Origin: Candidatus Delongbacteria bacterium
GTDB taxonomy: Bacteria > CAIWAD01
Length of the DNA stretch: 64,000 nt
Assembly (NCBI GenBank): GCA_963663545.1
Contig: OY760505.1
Coordinates: 1,536,001-1,600,000, forward strand
Reading direction: 5' to 3'
Of the stretch, positions 39,133-47,514 are shown one piece after another. Position 1 is the first letter of the stretch, and the number at the start of each line of letters is the position of its first letter. A program made the translations under genes and the position numbers. The notes beneath the pieces are model-generated. The model worked only from the letters and a program-made list of their open reading frames with translations, was not told the DNA's origin and made no database searches.

Positions 39133-40860
39133 TTACTGCTGGGCTTCGCCCTGTTCGGCCGACGTGATCCAGTGCAGCGCCAGCTCGTTCAGATCGTTCT
39201 GCAAAATGGTGCCTGCCCCATCATGCATGTCGTGTCCCAGGGCCACCAAGCGCATTGCATCCTGCCGCTGGGAGTCTACATCCTGTTGCGGAGGTGCGGG
39301 TAGGTTTTCAACAAGTGAACGTGTAATACTCAGCTGCCCTGTCATGCGCAAAGGTGCGTAGTGCGTGTCACACCAATCGTTGACGGGCGTTGAGTTCAAC
39401 CAGGCGCACAGCGCAAACGCCTGCTCCCAATCGCTGCAAAAGATCTGCATCACGTTGACAACACCTAGCCAGAGTCCATCCAGTGGCAAGCAGGCTTCCA
39501 GTCTTGTGCTAAGGTTGGCCAGAAGTACTCGAGGTAGCTGTATCTGCTGCAAACGCGAGTCCTTCATGCTCTCCGACAACACGACCGGATGCAGAAGACG
39601 CTGTCCACGGAAACGTGTCACGCGTTCGCCCCAAAGAATCCGGAAGGGATCAATGCTTCCTGAACTGAGTAGGCGCGGACGAGTGTCGTCTTCGCCCTCT
39701 TCTTCCACCTGCAAGGAATAGAATTCGTCTGTCGACAACGAGGCTTGCACACGGTATGTATCACCGATTCGCCTCAACTCTTTGTGCGCAACTGCCCTCT
39801 GTCCCGGTGCGCGCAAGGCCCATCCCCACCCTGAAGTAGCGGAATCCGACAACTGTTCGTGTGACACATGATGCGAAGCACCGAACTGCAACTCGCCCTC
39901 TGTCGTCTTGTTGCATGTTCTTACCGAGACCAACTCGGACCTTCGTGCGACAGCTTTTCTCTTGCGTTGTGCAAGCAGCACCAACGCTTCCACATCGGCC
40001 CGTTCAAACCAGTCGCAGCGTGGTGCGTGCTCCAGGAATAGCAGCGAATACTCCTCGCCCGTCAGCAGGCGACGCAACTCCCGGCCATAGGGAGCAGCCA
40101 GCCACTTGTCCGGTACAACGGCCGCCAACTTCCCACCCGGCGCCAACCACTGCAGCCCGCGCTCCAGGAAGGGCACGAAAAGATCAAAGGCTCCGCGTGC
40201 CGTGCTAAAGTTCTCTTGCAGACGCCGCCGCTGTACCTGCCAGCAGCGATCTGCGGTCTCAATTGCATTTCGATATGGCGGATTCATGATGATCCGCTCG
40301 TAGCCTGACGCCGCTCCTGGAGGTGACAAACATTGAGCATCAAGTGTATCACCGTGACACAATTCCGCATTAGGGATAAGATCCCGCACCAGCGCCACGG
40401 CGCCAGCATCCATATCCATGCCACACACTTGTGCTTGTGGAAACTTGCGTCTCACGCCAAGCAGGAAGGCTCCCGATCCGCACGCTGGATCACACCACCG
40501 CATCCCTGGTTCGCCATCCAGAAGTTGCACCATGTGATCCACCAGCGTTCGCGGTGTATACACCATGCCATCAGTAGCAGTATCAGCGGGCAAAAGAGCC
40601 GATCTCAAGAGCAGATACAGCTCACCGATGTCAGCGGCAGAGAAGACGCCACGCCTCCACGGAAACTGTTTCAGATTGTCCGGTAGCGGTATGCTTGTAA
40701 CACAAAACTGTTGCCGTAGAGAAGGCAACTCCCGTCCGCATGCGTGACACAAAGCTTCTACTAGCAGACATGCTGCCACCTCTGATTCCAATTGCAGAGT
40801 ATTCAGCCAGTCGCGTGCATCACGCAATAGGCGGCTTAGTGTTGTATCACGTGTGTTCAT
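39133..40860 (-). CDS. Orphan N6-adenine DNA methyltransferase (Eco57I/TaqI-like, gamma class)
   Basis: GMVYTP, DPACGSGAFL (motif I), MNPPY (motif IV), DLFVPFLERG, C-terminal TRD-like WLNS region; no adjacent endonuclease recognised. Confidence 0.82.
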   Translation of the reverse strand: MNTRDTTLSRLLRDARDWLNTLQLESEVAACLLVEALCHACGRELPSLRQQFCVTSIPLPDNLKQFPWRRGVFSAADIGELYLLLRSALLPADTATDGMVYTPRTLVDHMVQLLDGEPGMRWCDPACGSGAFLLGVRRKFPQAQVCGMDMDAGAVALVRDLIPNAELCHGDTLDAQCLSPPGAASGYERIIMNPPYRNAIETADRCWQVQRRRLQENFSTARGAFDLFVPFLERGLQWLAPGGKLAAVVPDKWLAAPYGRELRRLLTGEEYSLLFLEHAPRCDWFERADVEALVLLAQRKRKAVARRSELVSVRTCNKTTEGELQFGASHHVSHEQLSDSATSGWGWALRAPGQRAVAHKELRRIGDTYRVQASLSTDEFYSLQVEEEGEDDTRPRLLSSGSIDPFRILWGERVTRFRGQRLLHPVVLSESMKDSRLQQIQLPRVLLANLSTRLEACLPLDGLWLGVVNVMQIFCSDWEQAFALCAWLNSTPVNDWCDTHYAPLRMTGQLSITRSLVENLPAPPQQDVDSQRQDAMRLVALGHDMHDGAGTILQNDLNELALHWITSAEQGEAQQ

Positions 40861-40863
40861 GGC

Positions 40864-40902
40864 AAAAACGAAAGCACCCGGAGCACCTTGGCGCCCCGGG
40901 TG
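40864..40902 (-). terminator. Probable terminator between response regulator and MTase
   Basis: GCACCCGGAGC...GCCCCGGGTGT hairpin with TTTCGTTTTT tail on the minus strand. Confidence 0.5.
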
Positions 40903-40923
40903 TAAATGCTCGCTGTTCGGGCG

Positions 40924-41292
40924 TCAGCCGACCAGGCCCTTGACCTTGGCCTGTAGCACGGCGGGATCCACCGGCTTCTGGATGAACTCGTTGACGGGGA
41001 GCAGTTCCTCGTCGATACCGAAGTCCATGCCCGTGACACGGCCCACAGAGGTCAGCATGATGATCGGAGTCTGGACGCCCTTGATGCGAAGGTCCTGCGC
41101 CAGGGCAAAACCATCGTCGGGCTCGTCCATCATCACGTCCAGAATCATCAGGTCGGGCTTCTCGTTCAGAGCGGCCTGCATGCCCTCAGCCTTGTTCATG
41201 GCGGAAATCACTTCGTGGCCGGCAGCCTCGAGGATCACCTTGTTGGCCTCGATGATATCAATATCGTCGTCGACGATCAGAATGCGCGCCAT
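40924..41292 (-). CDS. Stand-alone response regulator (receiver only)
   Basis: ILIVDDD, PDLMILDVMM, IIMLT, KP; RBS GGAGG. Confidence 0.9.
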   Translation of the reverse strand: MARILIVDDDIDIIEANKVILEAAGHEVISAMNKAEGMQAALNEKPDLMILDVMMDEPDDGFALAQDLRIKGVQTPIIMLTSVGRVTGMDFGIDEELLPVNEFIQKPVDPAVLQAKVKGLVG

Positions 41293-41402
41293 AATTCCTC
41301 CGCAATTGCCCTCACGGGCGATGGTTGCTCGCGTCACGCTTTACCGGTTTGCCGGATTGCTGCCGGTTCACCGAATGCAGAAATACCGCCACAAAGTAAC
41401 AG

Positions 41403-41420
41403 TTGTTGAATTTTTCACAA
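41403..41420. promoter_or_regulatory. Rex-like operator between the response regulator and the DEAD-box gene
   Basis: TTGTTGA-ATTT-TTCACAA (perfect right half-site). Confidence 0.6.
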
Positions 41421-41571
41421 TGCCGGAATGCTCGAAGAATGAGTCAAAAAGCCACGATTCAGATTGATTTGCAGTTGTAACCGTCAAGCCTATTACACAA
41501 GAGCACGCGCGCCCAGAATCGGCAAGGGTTCCCATGAGTGCGGCCCACTCCAACTTTGCTAGTTTGGCGCC

Positions 41572-43218
41572 ATGATGACAGAACACGACCCTGAAGCCTT
41601 GTCCAACGAGCACGGCACTCCGGACCAGACCGCTTCCACAACTACTGAACAAGCCGAACAGAAGCCCGCCCAGGCGGACACGGACAGCATCTTCTCTTTC
41701 CAGGATCTATCCTCGCCTTTAGCCGAGAATGTAGCGGCCCTGGGTTGGAAAGACGCCATGGATGTGCAGCAGCAAGCCATTCCGCTGGTGTTGCGCGGCA
41801 TCGACGCCATTGTGCAGAGTCGCACGGGATCGGGCAAAACGGCCGCTTTTCTGCTGCCCTTGCTGATGCGCATCGATCTGAATCTTGATCAACCCCAGGC
41901 AATGGTGCTGGTGCCCACGCGCGAGCTCGCCATTCAGGTGCACCGGGCTTTCATCGAGCTCTCTGCCAACAGCGGCTGCCGCGGCGCTCTGCTCTACGGC
42001 GGAGTGGGTTACGGTCGCCAGCTTGATGATTTGAAAGCCGGCGCGCAGCTCATTATCGGGACGCCCGGACGCGTCATCGATCACATCGAGCGCGGCACGC
42101 TATCGCTGAGCAAACTGAAGCATCTGGTCATGGACGAAGCCGACGAAATGCTTTCGATGGGCTTCTATCCTGCCATGCGCCGCATACGTCGCTGGCTGCC
42201 GGAACGCCGCCAGAGTCTGATGTTCAGCGCCACCATGCCAAAGGCGGTGCGCAATCTCGCCGCAGAGTTTCTTCACAAGCCGCGCTGGCTGAGTCTTTCC
42301 GGCGACGATCAGGGCATTGAGACACTACTGCACAGCTTCTATCGCGTCGAGCCGATGGACAAGGATCGCGCGCTCAGTGCGCTGATTGAAATGGAAAACC
42401 CCAGTAGTGCGTTGGTCTTCTGCAATCGCAAGAGCGATGTCGAATATCTCTACCAGTACCTTAGCAACGCGGGCTACAACGTCGACCGCATCAGCGGCGA
42501 CCTGAGTCAACGGGCGCGTGAGCGTGTAATGGAGACGATTCGCAAGCAGGAGCTTCGCTTTCTGATCGCCACCGATGTGGCCGCGCGCGGCATCGACATC
42601 AGCGACATCGAAATTGTCTTCCAATACGACGTGCCACAGGATCACGAGATCTACGTGCATCGCAGCGGGCGTACTGCCCGGGCGGGTAAAACGGGCCGTT
42701 GTATTACGCTGTCCACCTATATGGACGAGCATCAGCTGCGCGAGATACGACGCAAGTACTCCATCGTGATTGAAGAAAAACAGCTGCCCTCGCTGGACCA
42801 AGTCAGCGCTCGCGTACGCGAGCGCACAATGGTGCTGCTGGAAGAGCAAGTGCGTGACAGCGGCAGTATTGATCGCGAGCGTGCCGATCGTTTTGTGGCA
42901 CTGGCCGAAGAGCTTTCGTCACACGAAGAAGGCCAGCGCATTTTCGCCCTGATGCTGGACGAGTTCTACCATCGCAGCCTTCACCTTCCGCAAGCTCTGC
43001 CCAAAGAGCGCGAGCGCTTTGAGGACATCAAAGACCATCCGCGGCGTGGCCGCTCGCGTGACCGTCAGGAATTCTCGCCCAGGCCTCGAGAGAAAGACGC
43101 CGAGGCTGCCGTGGCTACCAACGCTCCCGCAGCACCGGAAGCCACCGATGAGAAAGCGCCCGTCAAACGCCGTCCACGGCGTCGCAAAAAAACGAACAAC
43201 CCGGAGCAGGCAGAATGA
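41572..43218 (+). CDS. DEAD-box RNA helicase
   Basis: Q motif, TGSGKT, PTRELA, TPGR, DEAD, SAT, ARGID, HRSGRTAR. Confidence 0.93.
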   Translation: MMTEHDPEALSNEHGTPDQTASTTTEQAEQKPAQADTDSIFSFQDLSSPLAENVAALGWKDAMDVQQQAIPLVLRGIDAIVQSRTGSGKTAAFLLPLLMRIDLNLDQPQAMVLVPTRELAIQVHRAFIELSANSGCRGALLYGGVGYGRQLDDLKAGAQLIIGTPGRVIDHIERGTLSLSKLKHLVMDEADEMLSMGFYPAMRRIRRWLPERRQSLMFSATMPKAVRNLAAEFLHKPRWLSLSGDDQGIETLLHSFYRVEPMDKDRALSALIEMENPSSALVFCNRKSDVEYLYQYLSNAGYNVDRISGDLSQRARERVMETIRKQELRFLIATDVAARGIDISDIEIVFQYDVPQDHEIYVHRSGRTARAGKTGRCITLSTYMDEHQLREIRRKYSIVIEEKQLPSLDQVSARVRERTMVLLEEQVRDSGSIDRERADRFVALAEELSSHEEGQRIFALMLDEFYHRSLHLPQALPKERERFEDIKDHPRRGRSRDRQEFSPRPREKDAEAAVATNAPAAPEATDEKAPVKRRPRRRKKTNNPEQAE

Positions 43219-44306
43219 GACTCCTCCCTGGTCTTCTCATTTTCTTGTGTATCACAGTCCTCGCTTGGGCTGGATCAGGCCAGTTGAATGACCTGTATTC
43301 CTACGAGGCAGACCTCCGTCAGGCGCTTGCTGAGCTGGACGACGCCCCCAAAGTGCATCCCACGGAATGGACTCCGCTGGAATTGCCGCTTCCGCGAAAG
43401 GGAAAGCTCTTCGACCAGCAGGGCAGCCGCGTCAAGCTACCACGTGATACACAGGTCATGGTTAGTGGTGTGTCACACGATGGCAAGAACCGCTGGTGGA
43501 CGGTAACGCCTGTGGATTCTTCCTTCGTCAACTTGCGCATGCGCGAGCACAAATCATTTGCCGCAGAGTTTGGTTCGGAATGGATCACCTGGCGGCGTCA
43601 GGTGGTCGACGACAGTCTGCAAGTGCTTCGCGAGTTGCGCACACGGGATCTTCGTCGCTGGATCCTGACTCGCGAACTCGGTGAGGTAAACGCGGTAGCA
43701 AAGACCTATCGCAAACCGGGGCGCCACACCATGATGGATCCGGTTGCTTATCTGCAGAGTCGCGTGATACCGGAATGGCGCCAGTCCGACATGGCCATTG
43801 TCTTTGCCTGGAACAGCGAACTCGAGCTATCGGATACGCCCTGGGGTTATCCCGTTGAGACCCATTCGCAACAACCGGAAGATGGGACTCCGTTGCTCGT
43901 CTTTGATGGCATGGAAAACGGGACCTATTGTCTGCGACCTGTTCGCTGCGCTAGTGTAGGGCTAGCCCGTGACGGATACTATTTCGCCACACCTGCTGCC
44001 TTTGAGCATGCGATGGGCAAGGACGCTGCCAGGCTCCTGTCGGCCTTTGCCGAAGACCTGCGCACTCGCTTGCGTGAAAACCGTCGCTACGATCTACTGG
44101 ATCGCTGGGCACCGGACGTTGTATCACGCATTCTCGACGGCCTTGCCTGGAAAGGAATGTCCGAAGCCATGTTGAACGAAGCTCTCGGCACACCAGCCGA
44201 GGCAGTCGAGCAAGCCGACGGTACCGTTCGCCGCACCTACGCAACCGGTAATGTGGTGGTTCTGCGCGGTGATACGGTCATCGATATTCAGCAAAGCAAA
44301 GATTGA
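43215..44306 (+). CDS. Secreted hypothetical protein
   Basis: Signal peptide; ATGA overlap with helicase; C-terminal GMSEAM...LGTP (SmpA-like) segment. Confidence 0.6.
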   Translation: MRLLPGLLIFLCITVLAWAGSGQLNDLYSYEADLRQALAELDDAPKVHPTEWTPLELPLPRKGKLFDQQGSRVKLPRDTQVMVSGVSHDGKNRWWTVTPVDSSFVNLRMREHKSFAAEFGSEWITWRRQVVDDSLQVLRELRTRDLRRWILTRELGEVNAVAKTYRKPGRHTMMDPVAYLQSRVIPEWRQSDMAIVFAWNSELELSDTPWGYPVETHSQQPEDGTPLLVFDGMENGTYCLRPVRCASVGLARDGYYFATPAAFEHAMGKDAARLLSAFAEDLRTRLRENRRYDLLDRWAPDVVSRILDGLAWKGMSEAMLNEALGTPAEAVEQADGTVRRTYATGNVVVLRGDTVIDIQQSKD

Positions 44307-46798
44307 TGGAACTGACGACGGAACAGGCTGCCGTCGTCGCTGCGGTCGTAGGGCCAACCCTGGTGCTGGCGCCGGTGGGCTCCGGAAAAACCACGGTACT
44401 GGCCCATCGAGCGCTCAACGCATTGCGCGAGGGCTTCACACCGCTACGCTGCCTTTGTATGACGTTCACGAACCGCGCAGCCAGAGAGCTTTCGGAGCGT
44501 TTGCTTGTATCACCGACTGACGAGCTGCCCGCGGGAACCGATCAACGCGACATTCAGGTCTTCACCTTCCACGGCTTCTGCTCCTACTTCCTGCGTGAAG
44601 AAGCCATAGCAGCCGATCTGCGCAGTGACTTCAGCATCTACGACGAAACCGACAGCATTGAGCTTTTGCAGCGTCAATTGCGCCTGCAAGAAGGAAGCGA
44701 CACGGATCCGCTGACAGCAGACAAAAACGCCACGGAATTGTATCACCGCTGGGGACACGCCCTTTCCTCGCTGCGAGCCGGGGAGTTGCGTGTAGACGGC
44801 ATTCCCGCCGCCGCCCTCAGGAAATTCGCTCCGGATCATCGAAAGGCACTGGGTGGATACCTTAAGGAGCTGAGCGAGCGCGGAGCCGTTGATTTTGCCC
44901 TACTGATCTATCGAACTCGCTCGCTGCTGCTATTGAACGAAGAGGTGGCCGCACGATGGCAATCCCGCTATGACTGGGTTCAAGTAGACGAAGTGCAGGA
45001 CACGCACGCAAGCGAGTGGGATGTTGTATCACTGCTGGCAAAGCAACACGGAAACCTTGCCCTTTTCGGTGATCTGGATCAGACGATCTATGGCTGGCGC
45101 GGAAGCAAACCCAATCACATCCTGAGTGCGTTTCGCGAGAGCTATCCCGCAATCAGCGAATTCCATCTAAGCCTGAACCAGCGTGGCACACGCGCCATTT
45201 TGCAGGTTGCCGACCACATTGCGAGCGGGATGGAAGACCGTGTAACACGGGTGCGTGCCGCCGACCACCTCCCCGAAGGCGAACCTGTTGCGTGGATCAC
45301 CGCCAACGGCCTCAAGGAAGAAGCCTCGCGTCTTGCGAGCGCACTGATCACAATCAAGCGCAAAGATCAAGGAAGTCTGGCGGTGCTTTGCCGATCAGCG
45401 TATTACGGACGTGTGATACGGGATGCGCTGATAGAGGCCGGTGCAAATGCCGTCACCGAAGAAGATCTACGTTTCACACGGCGTCCAGAGGTTCGCGCTT
45501 TGCTGGCACCGCTGCGGCTACTGGAAAACCCGGACAATTTGAGCGCTTTACGAACCTGGCTGGTCTTCACCGGCACCAAGACACCCGGAATGCACGAGTC
45601 GCTGATGGCCCTCTACCGCTACGGCAAGGAGTGCTATTTGCACCCCGGTGATCTGGTGAATCCAGCCTGCTCGCGTGAAAAGGAGCCCTGGGCGCCCTTG
45701 CTGCAGGCCTGGGAAGAGCGCTTCTATGTCGTGCTGGATTTCGAGACCACGGGTCTGAACACCGCGCATGACGAAATCGTTGAAATCGCGGCAAAGCGCT
45801 ACTGCCGTGACATGGAAGTGGACAGTTTTCATCGTCTAATGCGTGTATCACAGTGGTCCAGCGCAGCCGAACGCGTACATCGCATTTCACGATCCAAGGT
45901 TGAGCGCGAAGGAGTAGATCCCGCCGAAGGCCTGCGTGATCTGTTGGCTTTTCTTGACGGCGATCTTGTCGTTGGGCACAACCTGGGATTCGATCTAGCC
46001 GTGTTACGCTCTCAATGTGCACGTTACAATCTGCCGTACCATGTATCACACAATGTTGATACGCTGCGAATGGCCAGACGAATTCTTGGAAGCGGCAGCA
46101 TGAGATTAGGAGATCTTCGCGAGCGCCTGTCGCTGCCCACAATTCCTACTCACCGGGCCATGGACGACATTACAACCACCGCTGAGCTGTTGCACCACCT
46201 GATGCCTTTTCTTCTGGCAACGCGCGAAGACCGCGAGGATCTTGTGCGCCGCCACGGCGGTGTGTTTCACGCCTGGGCCGATCGTCTGCGTCGCTGGCGT
46301 GATACAGCAACAACGCTGGCACCCTGGGAGCTCGTTCGCCACATCAGCGAGGACAGCCTGTTTACCCAAGTGCTGCAGGAGGACGATCCACGATGGCAAA
46401 GCGTGCGTCTTCTCGTCCAGTGGTTCAGGGCGCTGGAAGAGAAGGGCGACATGCCTGTTGCCTACGACACAGCAACCCGCCTGCACAGTCTTGTGTCACG
46501 CTGCATGCTCTCACGCCCCATCGATTTACTGCAAGACGACACCATTCCCGTGCTCACCATCCACGCATCCAAAGGCATGGAGTTCGACACGGTCGCCGTC
46601 TTCCATTGCGCCCCCGGTTGCATGCCGAATTTCCGCAGTGAAAAAGGCGCCGCCCTCGAAGAAGAGCGGCGTGTGTGTTACGTGGCGGTGACACGGCCTC
46701 GCAAGCGATTGCTACTCAGCACCAGCCGTTTTGACCGCAAGGGACAGCACCTTGGCTGGAGTCCCTTTGTGGCAGACATCGCACCTGTAGAGAACTAA
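44306..46798 (+). CDS. UvrD/Rep-like SF1 helicase with inserted DEDDh 3'-5' exonuclease
   Basis: APVGSGKT, TFTNRAA, VDEVQD, GDLDQTIYGWRG, TIHASKGMEF, YVAVTR; internal VLDFETTG/GHNLGFD/HRAMDD. Confidence 0.88.
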   Translation: MELTTEQAAVVAAVVGPTLVLAPVGSGKTTVLAHRALNALREGFTPLRCLCMTFTNRAARELSERLLVSPTDELPAGTDQRDIQVFTFHGFCSYFLREEAIAADLRSDFSIYDETDSIELLQRQLRLQEGSDTDPLTADKNATELYHRWGHALSSLRAGELRVDGIPAAALRKFAPDHRKALGGYLKELSERGAVDFALLIYRTRSLLLLNEEVAARWQSRYDWVQVDEVQDTHASEWDVVSLLAKQHGNLALFGDLDQTIYGWRGSKPNHILSAFRESYPAISEFHLSLNQRGTRAILQVADHIASGMEDRVTRVRAADHLPEGEPVAWITANGLKEEASRLASALITIKRKDQGSLAVLCRSAYYGRVIRDALIEAGANAVTEEDLRFTRRPEVRALLAPLRLLENPDNLSALRTWLVFTGTKTPGMHESLMALYRYGKECYLHPGDLVNPACSREKEPWAPLLQAWEERFYVVLDFETTGLNTAHDEIVEIAAKRYCRDMEVDSFHRLMRVSQWSSAAERVHRISRSKVEREGVDPAEGLRDLLAFLDGDLVVGHNLGFDLAVLRSQCARYNLPYHVSHNVDTLRMARRILGSGSMRLGDLRERLSLPTIPTHRAMDDITTTAELLHHLMPFLLATREDREDLVRRHGGVFHAWADRLRRWRDTATTLAPWELVRHISEDSLFTQVLQEDDPRWQSVRLLVQWFRALEEKGDMPVAYDTATRLHSLVSRCMLSRPIDLLQDDTIPVLTIHASKGMEFDTVAVFHCAPGCMPNFRSEKGAALEEERRVCYVAVTRPRKRLLLSTSRFDRKGQHLGWSPFVADIAPVEN

Positions 46799-47499
46799 TC
46801 CTCGAGCACCATCACCAGATTCGACATCGAGCTCTTATAATCAGGATAGAGCGCGACTGTGGCTGTCGCCGTTGTCCAGGTGGACTCCCCATCACTGAAC
46901 TGCATGGCATACACACGGATCGGACCGGCTGCCGGCATGCTATCCAAGGCGAATGATCCATTCACACTTGTTTGTGTGCTCATCGTACGCGGTGAAATGG
47001 AATAGTCGCTGAAATCGGCCTGAACTGTGACGCCGTAGGCTGGAATCTCTTCGTCTTGCGCGGTACGCAGATAAACACTTCCCGTCAAACTCGAGCTGAG
47101 AGGAAGCATATCCATATCACGCGTCATGCTGATCGGGTAATCCTCACTGGTGTAGTCGTTGCCCACGCCAAAATCATCCAGGCTGGGAACATTGATCGTA
47201 GCGTAGTGCATCGCGTAGCCACTTCGGCTAAAAGTGAGTTCGTACTCGCCTGTGTTGAGGCCGCTGAACACATAGTAACCCGTAGCAATACTGCGGTTCG
47301 TGCGAACGCCGCCATTGACGACAGTTGTCACTAGTACGTCGTTCAGACGCGCCCCGCTGGCATTATCCGCCACAATGCCGTGCAATGCCGCGACTACTCG
47401 ACCATTCATCAGCTGGGCTTCGTCGCCCGTGATATTCGTCGTATCCTCACATCCCATCACCACCAGAAGCATGGCCGTCAGACAAAGTGCTTTCTTCAT
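46795..47499 (-). CDS. Lipoprotein with carboxypeptidase-regulatory-like (prealbumin) folds
   Basis: Lipobox VMGC; G.V.D...G.Y.F.GL..GEYEL pattern repeated. Confidence 0.65.
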   Translation of the reverse strand: MKKALCLTAMLLVVMGCEDTTNITGDEAQLMNGRVVAALHGIVADNASGARLNDVLVTTVVNGGVRTNRSIATGYYVFSGLNTGEYELTFSRSGYAMHYATINVPSLDDFGVGNDYTSEDYPISMTRDMDMLPLSSSLTGSVYLRTAQDEEIPAYGVTVQADFSDYSISPRTMSTQTSVNGSFALDSMPAAGPIRVYAMQFSDGESTWTTATATVALYPDYKSSMSNLVMVLED

Positions 47500-47514
47500 G
47501 CTCTTTCCTTCCTT

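Noticed and set aside
39133..40860. Complete restriction-modification or BREX/DISARM defence system
   Set aside because: No nuclease, specificity subunit or other defence genes adjacent; the AAA ATPase is 4 kb away beyond the hydrogenase operon.
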